From Candidatus Moraniibacteriota bacterium (GTDB lineage: Bacteria > Patescibacteriota > Minisyncoccia > Moranbacterales > UBA1568): DNA of 64,000 nucleotides. Of this stretch, positions 47,177 through 56,685 are shown one piece after another (within the stretch, counting starts at the first letter, position 1; each line of letters opens with the position of its first letter). The notes beneath the pieces were generated by a model. It saw nothing but the letters and a program-made list of their open reading frames with translations. It made no database searches and had not been told where the DNA came from. Made by a program: the position numbers and the translations under genes. The stretch lies in the NCBI GenBank assembly GCA_903859375.1, contig CAIOMK010000030.1:5238-69237 (forward strand). The letters are read 5' to 3'.

Positions 47177-48952
47177 TTATTCGGCACCGTCGATTCGGAT
47201 AGCGTTCGCATTGTCGTCCGTGATACCGAACACATCCTTCCAAAAAACTCGGTCGGTGTTGGTCTTCGCCTTGTTGAATTTATATTCCTCCACGATACGG
47301 TTCGGGAAGTTCAATTCATACACCATCAGCTGTCCGAACTGTTTCGAATCGATGGCGGTGATGTCGGTCCCGAATTTCTTGGTCACGGGAGCGAGTCCGT
47401 TCTTGGCCGGCGTGACCGCAAAGAACTGCGCGTCGGCATCGGTCTTGTTCGTCATCGTTGCCGATCTCAGGCTCGCATCATGCTTCGAGTAGAACAGGAA
47501 TTCGATCGGCCTCACATGCTCCGGCTTCACATAATAGTACAATGTCGACCCTTCCTTGTGGCGCGCGTACATCCAATCGGTCACTCCTTTCAGCTGTCCC
47601 AGGGTAACCCCGTCCTTCGCTTTCAGGATCAAGGTCCGTTTCACAGTGAAATCGCTCTTCTGAGACTTCGCCTGCTCTTTGAACCATGCGTACGTCCCAT
47701 AGGTGTTCCATCCCACAATACCCGCTGTGAGGAGGAGTGCGATCGCGATGGCATGCGTGCGTTTCAGCTTCTCATCCAGATATTCGAAGACGAGTCCGAG
47801 CAGTATGAACGGGACCGCGAACACCACGATATAGAACCGCGGCCGGAGCTGGAACGCGACCGGCACCGTCAGTATCGTAAACACCGCCACCCAGGCGATG
47901 ATCAGGACGAGGAAGTCCTGTTGCGTGTCCGTGAGCGTTTTTTTCCTCAGATTGCGGAATATGAGGACGGCGCCGGCAAGAAATATGAGCGCCGTGACGG
48001 AAAGCGCCGGCAATTCAGCGGTCATCGAACCGCCATAGCACTGGGATGTCGTCACGAGGCAGTAATACTTGGCATTCTCCGTCACCGTCTTCACGAGCTT
48101 GTCGGCAAACGGCTTTTTCTCAGCCTTCGATCCGAGCGCCTCGATGAAATTCTTGGTGTTCTGTCCGTTCTTATAGTATTCGCTGATGAACACCGGCGTA
48201 TAGAAGAACGAGAACACGAGCAGTGCGATTCCGGAATACAGCGCGATCTTTTTGAGCGTTTCTTTCTTCACGCATGCGACAATCGACTCCTTCTTCCAGA
48301 GTCGGAAATGCGTGATAAACAACAGTCCGGAAATACCAACGAGACTGAAAAATCCGAAAAAGTGCAGCTGCGAGCCGATCGTAATACCGGTCGCCCACAT
48401 GATCAGCCACCATTTCCTACGTCTCCCGTCCGGCTCGTTCAGGAATCGGAGCAAGCCGTAGAAACTGAGCAACAAGAAGAATTGGAGCGAATTCGGATTC
48501 CACGCGAATCGCGAATACTGGATGATGATGAACGAGAACGCATACATCGCCGTTATGAGCAGAGCGTTCCGTTTGGAGAAGTACAGACCGGCGAGGAGGA
48601 ATACCAGCGGTATCGCGAGTATGGAAAACAGTAGATCAGGGTAGGCGTAGACATACGGCTCCGTCGAATTGAACAACACTCCGGACGCGTATTGGAAATA
48701 ATAGAATATCGGCCCGAGGCGCAGAAACCCGTGTTTGAGAGCCACAGCACCGGCGCGAGCACCGAGCAAAGGCAAATATTGCGGCCCGTTCAAGACGGCA
48801 TTGCTGATAAGGAGCGCGTCCCGGCTTTGGTCCATCTTGAAATAGAGCCAGTCGTCGAATGTGTAGGTGCGCACGAATATCGCCGCGAGGAGGATGGCCA
48901 GGAGCGCCAACCACACCGCATTTTTGCTGATGAATTTTTTCAGGTTCTGCAT
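47177..48952 (-). CDS. ArnT/PMT-like GT-C glycosyltransferase, paralog 6
   Basis: VRTYTFDDWLYFKMDQSRD, LPLLGA, FAWNPN, GSQLH; start 48952 or 48982. Confidence 0.88.
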   Translation of the reverse strand: MQNLKKFISKNAVWLALLAILLAAIFVRTYTFDDWLYFKMDQSRDALLISNAVLNGPQYLPLLGARAGAVALKHGFLRLGPIFYYFQYASGVLFNSTEPYVYAYPDLLFSILAIPLVFLLAGLYFSKRNALLITAMYAFSFIIIQYSRFAWNPNSLQFFLLLSFYGLLRFLNEPDGRRRKWWLIMWATGITIGSQLHFFGFFSLVGISGLLFITHFRLWKKESIVACVKKETLKKIALYSGIALLVFSFFYTPVFISEYYKNGQNTKNFIEALGSKAEKKPFADKLVKTVTENAKYYCLVTTSQCYGGSMTAELPALSVTALIFLAGAVLIFRNLRKKTLTDTQQDFLVLIIAWVAVFTILTVPVAFQLRPRFYIVVFAVPFILLGLVFEYLDEKLKRTHAIAIALLLTAGIVGWNTYGTYAWFKEQAKSQKSDFTVKRTLILKAKDGVTLGQLKGVTDWMYARHKEGSTLYYYVKPEHVRPIEFLFYSKHDASLRSATMTNKTDADAQFFAVTPAKNGLAPVTKKFGTDITAIDSKQFGQLMVYELNFPNRIVEEYKFNKAKTNTDRVFWKDVFGITDDNANAIRIDGAE

Positions 48953-49200
48953 ATGTTCGTTACTACTCTTCGAGACTGTCATAATAATGACGTATTATCA
49001 CAGTTTTTGGCTTATTTGAGAGGACTTTTTATTTTTTTTTCGGTATATGCCCGTACCGACTAAAAACGCCTCTTCCAAACGGAATTATACCTGTAAACAA
49101 CCCCCTTGCGCAAGCCACCGAAGCCGGTCCGAAACTCCATAAAACGTTATTTTTATGCTACTATACGAATATTATATTCTAATCGACGAGACCAAACCGT

Positions 49201-51045
49201 ATGTGTCGTATACTTCAAAAATACACCGTTCATTTCATCATCTTCATAGTTCTCGCGCTCAACCTCTTTCTCAGCCTTTCCCGACTCGGTACCTATTCCG
49301 CGGTCGACGAACCGTACTGGACCTACGGTCGCACGTCCAAGTTCTGGACCGCCGTCGATCAACATAAGTGGAAATCGACCAATATCAACGACAAGCCGGG
49401 TATCACGGTGGCCCTCTTGTCAGGTTTCGGTCTGCTGAAATACGACCCGATGCAGTACGAGCATATCAGAGGCGAGATCAAAACAGATGCGCAACGGGCG
49501 GATATCGACTCGATCAATTTCTTTTTCCGACTACCGATTTTCCTCTTCTGCACCTTCATGCTTCCGCTCTTTTATTTTTTCCTCCGTAAACTGTTCAGCA
49601 AGACGACGGCGCTCATCGGGTTCGTCTTCATCGGTCTCTCGCCGATCCTACTCGGTATCTCACTCATCATCAATCCGGACTCGCTTCTCTGGATATTCCT
49701 CCCGCTTTCCCTCCTCGCCTACCTCACCTACCAAAAGAAGCAAAAAACGGGTTATCTGATCGCGACCAGCGTCCTCCTCGGACTTTCGCTTTTGACGAAG
49801 TATGTCGCGAACATACTCTATATCTTCTTTTTCATCCTCCCGTTCCTCGAATATGTCTTCGCGGAAAAAAAGCCAGAGCTGAAAGGATATCTGATTAAAT
49901 CATCCAAAGACTATCTCGTCATCGCCACCGTCTCGATGGCGACCTACTATCTCCTGTACCCCGCCGCATGGGCACATCTGAACGTGCTTCTCGAGGGGAC
50001 GTTCCTCAGCAAAGCCTTCGTGAAAGTCTGGCCCGTCTTCGTCGGCATCATCGCCCTGATGGCCGCCGACATATATCTGTTCAAGAACCGTCTCACGCAA
50101 CCGCTCCTCGACGTCCTGTCGCGGTACCGGACCGTCCTCTCGACGGCGCTCATATCCGTCTTCATTATTCTCATCGCCGTCACGATGGCAGACACCTATC
50201 TGGGAATGAAACCATTCGACCTCGAGGCGATACTCGCTTCTCCGAAAGGCATAGGCATAAGCGGGAGCGGACTTCCGGCCGCCATCGCCGGAGCATTCCT
50301 TGCGAACACATACAGTCTCATTTTCGGAATGGATCCGATCGTCTTCATTTTCCTCATACTCGGACTGTTCTCCGTACCGTTTTCGAAACAGACGTATTCA
50401 TGGGAGAAGAAAACCACGATCTATTTCGTCTTGTTCATCGTCCTCTATTATTCCGCTTCCACGTTCAACGACGTGATCGCGACGATCCGGTACCAGATAA
50501 TCCTCTATCCGCTCGCGTTCATCATCGCCGCCATCGGCGCCACACGGCTTCTGTCATGTGAACGGGTGCGCCGGCACGTCCCATCAATCGCCGCGACGGG
50601 AGCGCTCCTCCTTATCCTCGCGATTCCGTTGTTTCAGGTAAAACCGTTCTATTTCACGTACGCCTCGCCACTTCTTCCCGAACAGTATCTCCTCAACACC
50701 AAGGACATGGGAGACGGGAGCTTCGAGGCCGCCTCCATGCTCAACGCCCTTCCGAACGCACGCGATCTCGTCGTCTGGTCAGACAAGGGAGCGGTCTGTA
50801 CCGAATTCATCGGCACCTGCAATATCGGCTTCAGCAAGAAAGATATAACCGGCAAGAGCTTCGATTATTTCGTCATCTCGACGGGGCGCATCAGCCGATC
50901 GATGAAACTTTCGGGTGCCGTGAACGACATCATCGACTTCAGGAAGCTGTACGATGAGAATACACCATACGAGGCCAGTATCGTCGTCGGTGGCCGTCCG
51001 GACAATTTCGTGAGGGTTATCAAAGCGTCGGCAATCGCCAAATGA
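49201..51045 (+). CDS. PMT/ArnT-family GT-C glycosyltransferase (distinct subfamily)
   Basis: VDEPYW, DKPG, INPD, LLTKY, IRY; multiple TMs. Confidence 0.85.
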   Translation: MCRILQKYTVHFIIFIVLALNLFLSLSRLGTYSAVDEPYWTYGRTSKFWTAVDQHKWKSTNINDKPGITVALLSGFGLLKYDPMQYEHIRGEIKTDAQRADIDSINFFFRLPIFLFCTFMLPLFYFFLRKLFSKTTALIGFVFIGLSPILLGISLIINPDSLLWIFLPLSLLAYLTYQKKQKTGYLIATSVLLGLSLLTKYVANILYIFFFILPFLEYVFAEKKPELKGYLIKSSKDYLVIATVSMATYYLLYPAAWAHLNVLLEGTFLSKAFVKVWPVFVGIIALMAADIYLFKNRLTQPLLDVLSRYRTVLSTALISVFIILIAVTMADTYLGMKPFDLEAILASPKGIGISGSGLPAAIAGAFLANTYSLIFGMDPIVFIFLILGLFSVPFSKQTYSWEKKTTIYFVLFIVLYYSASTFNDVIATIRYQIILYPLAFIIAAIGATRLLSCERVRRHVPSIAATGALLLILAIPLFQVKPFYFTYASPLLPEQYLLNTKDMGDGSFEAASMLNALPNARDLVVWSDKGAVCTEFIGTCNIGFSKKDITGKSFDYFVISTGRISRSMKLSGAVNDIIDFRKLYDENTPYEASIVVGGRPDNFVRVIKASAIAK

Positions 51046-52787
51046 CACAACCTATGCCCATCACATCGTTACAAGAGCGACTGCTCCGATATTTCAACGG
51101 GAACCGAAGAGAAATCATCGCCCTCATACTGATACTCTGCATCGGTATTTTCTTGCGCACCTACCACTTTTCAGATTGGCTCCATTTCGAAATGGATCAG
51201 GCCATCGATTACGATCTCGTCTCACCCGCGGTCGACTTCGGTCCCGGTCATCTCCCTCTCCTTGGGCCCAATGTCGGCGGAGGATTGCTTCGTCTCGGCC
51301 CCGCATTCTATTACATGGAATATGTGAGTGCGGTCATCTTCGGCAATACGCCGACCGGACATGCCATGCAGGTATTGATCCTTTCGATACTCTCGCTCCC
51401 GCTGTTCTACATATATTGCCGACGGTTTTTCTCCACAATCGAGTCTCTCGGATTGTTGGCTGTCTTTTCGACCTCAGTCTACCTCGTGATGTATTCGCGT
51501 TTTTCCTGGAGTCCGAATGTCCTGCCGTTCCTGTTCCTCGCATCGTTCTATGCGCTTCTCCGGTCCGTATCCCCCGGCGAGCGCCATCCGGCGAGATGGT
51601 TCCTCACGGCAGTCGTAGCGGTCACCATCACTTCACAGATACACTTCAATTCATTCTTCGTTACCCCGCTTATCGCAGTGGCATTCACGGCGATCAAACG
51701 GCCGCGTTTTCCCCTCAAGGTCTGGCTCGCGGGCCTCGCGATCATCCTCACCCTGTATTCCCCGGTCATTCTCAATGACATCCACAACAACAGGGAGAAT
51801 CTGCATTATCTCCGTGAAAAATTCGACAAGACGAAGCCGGGCAGTCTCGTCATGACGGACACGTTGATCCAGACAGTCGAATATGACGCCTACGAATTCT
51901 TTTTCATCACGACCGGAACCGATCTGATCAACGGCATCAAACTGAAAGACTACGGGTTCTCATGCAAGACGTGCGGCGAAAACATGGGACTGAAAATATT
52001 CTCACTCGCGCTCTTCCTCACCGGCCTGGTGTCTATCGCAATCATGGTATGGAAAGAGCGTGACGCGAAGCGGAAGGACTTCCACATCCTGACGCTCCTC
52101 TGGTGCCTGGTGTCCTTTTATCTCATATATTCCATCGCCGATGGCTACCGGATGTATCCGAGATTTTTTCTTCTGCTCGCGCCGCTTGCGGTCATCCTCT
52201 ACGGGTATATCCTGCATCTCATCCAACCGAAACACGGACGAGTCCGATTCTGGATATTTATCTCAATCATCGTAACACTCGTCACGCTCAATATCCACGC
52301 GATCCTGCCCATATTCGACCAGCTCCGGAACGAATCGTTGTCCAAAGGCATGGAAATCGAGGTCGGTGACATCTTCCCGAATACGAACCGCATCACACTC
52401 GCACAACAGACCGCCATCGTCGACTATATCGTGTCGAAATACCGGGACAACGAATACCCGACGTATCTACAGTCGGAATCGGAGTACGAACCGGCTTTCT
52501 GGGCGCTTCTGGAAAGGCACGGTATCCGATACCGTGACGAGATCCGCGACAGCTCGCTCTATTCCGAAGGAAATTACTTCGATATCCGATATGCGGATGA
52601 TACATTCGATACGGATTCAAAGTACACCGTTCTCGAAACGAAACCGTTCGGTACACTGACAGTGAGGTTCTTCAAACCACTTGATGCGGTCGTCGTGGGA
52701 ACCCGTCAATCCGATTCCGAATACAAACAATCCGAAGTGGTCACCGTCATCTCGAAACTACTCAGATGGGACGAGCTGTTTAGATAA
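51042..52787 (+). CDS. ArnT/PMT-like GT-C glycosyltransferase, paralog 7
   Basis: LRTYHFSDWLHFEMDQAID, LPLLGP, FSWSPN, SQIH. Confidence 0.88.
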   Translation: MTQPMPITSLQERLLRYFNGNRREIIALILILCIGIFLRTYHFSDWLHFEMDQAIDYDLVSPAVDFGPGHLPLLGPNVGGGLLRLGPAFYYMEYVSAVIFGNTPTGHAMQVLILSILSLPLFYIYCRRFFSTIESLGLLAVFSTSVYLVMYSRFSWSPNVLPFLFLASFYALLRSVSPGERHPARWFLTAVVAVTITSQIHFNSFFVTPLIAVAFTAIKRPRFPLKVWLAGLAIILTLYSPVILNDIHNNRENLHYLREKFDKTKPGSLVMTDTLIQTVEYDAYEFFFITTGTDLINGIKLKDYGFSCKTCGENMGLKIFSLALFLTGLVSIAIMVWKERDAKRKDFHILTLLWCLVSFYLIYSIADGYRMYPRFFLLLAPLAVILYGYILHLIQPKHGRVRFWIFISIIVTLVTLNIHAILPIFDQLRNESLSKGMEIEVGDIFPNTNRITLAQQTAIVDYIVSKYRDNEYPTYLQSESEYEPAFWALLERHGIRYRDEIRDSSLYSEGNYFDIRYADDTFDTDSKYTVLETKPFGTLTVRFFKPLDAVVVGTRQSDSEYKQSEVVTVISKLLRWDELFR

Positions 52788-52806
52788 GACTGATACGATA
52801 TTCACA

Positions 52807-54486
52807 ATGACTCATCGTATGAAACATATCGCGAGATGGGGAATAGGCATGCTTTTCCTCCTGACCTTGGCAGGCGCGTTTTCGCCGTTTCCGAAACGGA
52901 TACTCGATACGGCCGAATGGGCGTGGATACCGGACAGGGTCGACATCCCGTCCCAATCCGCATCTCTGCTGCACCCATCCTCTCCTCTTCCGGCCCGTTA
53001 CGAAACGACCGAACTCGCGATATTCAATGACGGAAGCACGGTCACGCCGCCATTCGATATGCCGACCATCGTCCAACCGGTGTTCCCCGACCGGACCTGC
53101 GACATCTCCTCATATGGCTCCGTCGATGGAGGAATCGTCAAGAATACCAAGGCGATCGACGATGCCATCTCCGATTGTGCAAAGCAAGGCGGCGGTCATG
53201 TCGTGATTCCGAAAGGAACCTGGCTTACCGGAGCGGTGCATCTACAGGACAATATCGACCTTCATTTGGAACCGGACGCTTCACTCGTGTTCAGCCCCGA
53301 TCCGAACGACTATCTCCCCGTCGTACTTTCGCGATATGAAGGCATCGACGTCTACAATTACTCCCCGCTCGTCTATGCATACGGGAAGCAGAACATCGCC
53401 ATCACCGGCAAAGGGAAACTGGTCGGCAACGGAAAAAATTGGGAAGGCCTCGGTGACCTGGGTGTCACACACGATCTGTATGCCATGGGAGCCTCGGGTG
53501 TCCCGGTCCCGGAGCGCGTCTTCGGATCGACCGAAAAAATGCTTCGACCCTCGTTCGTCGAATTCCTGAACAGCCGATATATCCTGCTCGAGGATTTCTC
53601 CATCGACGGCGGTCCGATGTGGACGCTGCATCCGACTTATAGCCGGGATATCGTCGTCCGGAACGTTTCCGTCATCACGGACGGTCAGAACAACGACGGT
53701 CTGGACATAGATTCCTCACAGAACGTGCTCGTCGAAAATTCACTTTTCAACACGAATGACGATGCCATTGCGATCAAATCCGGCAAGGCGCAGGACGGTT
53801 TGAAAGTCGGTATTCCCACGGAAAATGTCATCATCCGGAACAATGTCGTCGAAGGCGGTCATGGTGGGATAGCTATCGGAAGCGAAATCGCCGGAGGGGT
53901 ACACAATGTGTTCGGTTACGATTGCACCATGCGCGGCATCCAATATGGCATCAGGTTGAAGGCGCTTGCGACTGAGCAGGTCTCAGCAAGCGACCTGTGG
54001 TTCCGCAATATCATCGCGGACAAAGTCTTGTTCGACACTATACAGATGACCATGCACTACGGTTCTGATCAGGCGGAGGGCGAACCGACAGGAGTACCCG
54101 TTTTCAAAAATATATACTTTTCCGGCATTACGAGTCCCCGAACCCGCGGGTCGATAGAGCTCGACGCGCTCGAGAGCAGCCCGATACAAAACGTGACGAT
54201 CGAGAACACGGATATCACGGCCGGAACCGGTGCGACCATGAATAACGTTATCGACATAACCCTGAAATCCGTTTCTATAAAACCAAAATACGAACCATTG
54301 TTCACCATCACGAACGGTCGCAACGTGTTCATCGATCCGCTGCCATGCACCGCCCCGATGAAGATATGTGCCACAATCGACGGTGCCCTGACGGAAAGTG
54401 TCTCATTGAAACCGAAAACCGGGTCCCTGCCACAGAAAAAAATCCGGATAGGCGCCGACGTCCCGGACGGACAGGTAACCTACTGA
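52807..54486 (+). CDS. GH28 glycoside hydrolase (polygalacturonase-like), exported
   Basis: NNDG, DDAIAIKSG, GHGG, RLK; N-terminal hydrophobic segment; start placed at ATG 52807. Confidence 0.93.
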   Translation: MTHRMKHIARWGIGMLFLLTLAGAFSPFPKRILDTAEWAWIPDRVDIPSQSASLLHPSSPLPARYETTELAIFNDGSTVTPPFDMPTIVQPVFPDRTCDISSYGSVDGGIVKNTKAIDDAISDCAKQGGGHVVIPKGTWLTGAVHLQDNIDLHLEPDASLVFSPDPNDYLPVVLSRYEGIDVYNYSPLVYAYGKQNIAITGKGKLVGNGKNWEGLGDLGVTHDLYAMGASGVPVPERVFGSTEKMLRPSFVEFLNSRYILLEDFSIDGGPMWTLHPTYSRDIVVRNVSVITDGQNNDGLDIDSSQNVLVENSLFNTNDDAIAIKSGKAQDGLKVGIPTENVIIRNNVVEGGHGGIAIGSEIAGGVHNVFGYDCTMRGIQYGIRLKALATEQVSASDLWFRNIIADKVLFDTIQMTMHYGSDQAEGEPTGVPVFKNIYFSGITSPRTRGSIELDALESSPIQNVTIENTDITAGTGATMNNVIDITLKSVSIKPKYEPLFTITNGRNVFIDPLPCTAPMKICATIDGALTESVSLKPKTGSLPQKKIRIGADVPDGQVTY

Positions 54487-54517
54487 GTCGGCTCTAAATC
54501 ACGAGATCACTCCAATC

Positions 54518-55741
54518 ATGAAAAGTCTTATTCCGTACAAAAGACAGGCGGCCTTTGTCGCACTCATCGTTTTCGCCTTCGTGGTCTGGATCGCCGTCAT
54601 CGTGCTCGGTGACAAGAGTTATGTCGACGAAGGGACGCACGCACGGCAGATCCAACGGTTTTTCAAGGGCAACTATTCGATGCTGGACGACCTGACCAAT
54701 ATCCCCGGTTATCACGTGACCGTGGCAACCATCGAAAAAATAGTTCATCCGAACGAGAAGTATCCCCCGCTTGCGGAATCCAGATCGGTCAGTCTCGCCT
54801 TGTCAGCCACCTCTCTGCTGTTGTTTTATCTCATCTCCAAAAAAATCGGCATAGGCGATCCGAAAATGCGGACCCTTCAATACGCATTTTTTCCGATAAC
54901 ATTTCTCTATTTCCCCCTCGTCTACACGGACATATTCTCACTCGCGTTGCTACTTGCCGCGTTCCTTCCGATCCTCTACCGCAAATACACGCTTTCCGCG
55001 GTCATATCGCTTCTCTGTCTTGCGGTCAGACAGGATGCCATCGTCTGGGTCGGTTTTTTCTGGCTGTTCGCCTTTGTCTCGGAATACGGATTCGTTCTCT
55101 CCATTCGGAATATTTCCCGCCATTTCAGGAACACGATCGGCTACGTGGCGGTATTGATCCTCTTTCTGTCCTTTGTCCTGTTCAACGGTGGCATAGCGAT
55201 CGGTGACAAGGAAAGTCACGTGGTCGGACTGTACTCGGGTGGCATATATTTCTTTTTGGCAACGGTCGGATTCCTGTTCCTTCCCACCCTCGTCACCTTT
55301 TTCAAAACCGCCGATTGGAACCGACTGAAAGGATATCTCACATACATATTGCCTATCGGTACCGTCCTAGGCTTGTCGTTCGTTCTATTTCCTCCGGCGT
55401 TACACAAGTACAATCTCGACGCCCACTTCATACGCAACCTCGTGTTGGAGCAGGCATATACACGATATTGGTGGCTTTATGCCGTTTCGATCGTCCTCGG
55501 TTTTTCGGCGATATACGTCATGAAAATTCAGGGGCGCTTCATCGCGCTTCTCCCGATCATCGTCCTCAGCCTGATACCGTCATTCCTGATCGAACAGCGA
55601 TATTTCATCGTTCCGCTCGTTTTTCTCCTGCTGTTCAGGACCGAATCCACAAAGCATACCGAGCGGGCCCTCACCGTCTTTTTTCTCTCCCTGTCGCTCT
55701 CACTGGTATACATGTTGCTTCGGATGGACTTGTTCTTCTAG
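54518..55741 (+). CDS. ALG10/DIE2-like (GT59) GT-C glycosyltransferase
   Basis: YVDEGTH..Q, LTNIPGY, FP...LVYTD..S, RQDAIVW, FVLFNGGIAIGDKESH, IEQRYFIVP in the order seen in ALG10. Confidence 0.8.
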   Translation: MKSLIPYKRQAAFVALIVFAFVVWIAVIVLGDKSYVDEGTHARQIQRFFKGNYSMLDDLTNIPGYHVTVATIEKIVHPNEKYPPLAESRSVSLALSATSLLLFYLISKKIGIGDPKMRTLQYAFFPITFLYFPLVYTDIFSLALLLAAFLPILYRKYTLSAVISLLCLAVRQDAIVWVGFFWLFAFVSEYGFVLSIRNISRHFRNTIGYVAVLILFLSFVLFNGGIAIGDKESHVVGLYSGGIYFFLATVGFLFLPTLVTFFKTADWNRLKGYLTYILPIGTVLGLSFVLFPPALHKYNLDAHFIRNLVLEQAYTRYWWLYAVSIVLGFSAIYVMKIQGRFIALLPIIVLSLIPSFLIEQRYFIVPLVFLLLFRTESTKHTERALTVFFLSLSLSLVYMLLRMDLFF

Positions 55742-56685
55742 TCTCCGGAGGTCATCCGGCTTTTCAGATACATCGGAAGGGCCGTGAAGCTGACGAACAT
55801 CTGCACGATCCTGATGACGATAGATACCGCTATCACCGCCGAAGCGTCGACACCGAAATATCCGAAGAATGTCACGTACGCCCATTCCTGGACGCCGATA
55901 TTGTTGATGCTTATTGGGGCTGCCGAGACGATGCTGATGAGGAATATGACGGACAGGTAATCGAGTATGCCCACGTGGATACCGAGCGCCTGGAACATGA
56001 CGTAGTTCTGCAGAGCCAGACCGACCAGACTGAACGATACCGACAGAATCATCGCGCGTGCGAATACCCCCTTGTGTTCGTAGTATTCGTGCAGTGCGGA
56101 CAGGAATTCCAGGATCTTTTTCGGAATATGTCGCGAAAAACGATCCCAGAACGAGAACTTCATCACGTAGCCGAGGCTCGCGACCCCGATCAGACACAAC
56201 AGTATGCCGATCGTGATATACGAAAGCACGGCGTGTCCGATCACGGTGCGCCAATTGAAAATCGCAAAGAGTACAGAGAGAACCATCGCTCCGATCAATC
56301 CCGTCAACCGATCCATGACCACACTCGCGGCGGCATCCGGGAAACGCCCGCTTCGTCTGCCGATCTGATATGCCCGGTAGGTGTCCCCTCCTATGAAGGA
56401 AGGGAAGAAATTATTGATGAACGATCCGGTCAGATACAAACCGAATGCTTCCGGAAGCGAAATTTCCAATCCTTTGAACTTGGCCAACACCCGCCATTTG
56501 TAGGCGGAAAGAGTCATACCGCAAAGCAACACCGCCACATAGAGTGCGATGTGACCGATCGACAGTCGGGACAGGTACGTTCCGACCTCGGTCCACTCCA
56601 CGCGCAAGACGAGCAGATACAGGAGGATCGCGCTGACGATCAGTTTGAACGAGAATGACAGTACTTTCTTCTTGTCCATAGTCAT
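55738..56685 (-). CDS. Lysylphosphatidylglycerol-synthase-TM family flippase-like protein
   Basis: AYKWR, FINNFFPSFIGGD, DRLTG, PISINNIGVQE. Confidence 0.9.
   Translation of the reverse strand: MTMDKKKVLSFSFKLIVSAILLYLLVLRVEWTEVGTYLSRLSIGHIALYVAVLLCGMTLSAYKWRVLAKFKGLEISLPEAFGLYLTGSFINNFFPSFIGGDTYRAYQIGRRSGRFPDAAASVVMDRLTGLIGAMVLSVLFAIFNWRTVIGHAVLSYITIGILLCLIGVASLGYVMKFSFWDRFSRHIPKKILEFLSALHEYYEHKGVFARAMILSVSFSLVGLALQNYVMFQALGIHVGILDYLSVIFLISIVSAAPISINNIGVQEWAYVTFFGYFGVDASAVIAVSIVIRIVQMFVSFTALPMYLKSRMTSGD

Noticed and set aside
46299-48634. Long plus-strand ORFs of 397 and 384 aa
   Set aside because: Antisense to membrane GT genes, with the Arg/Glu/His-rich composition typical of shadow frames.
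55315-56658. 447-aa plus-strand ORF
   Set aside because: Overlaps the ALG10-like gene out of frame and the flippase gene antisense; no motifs.
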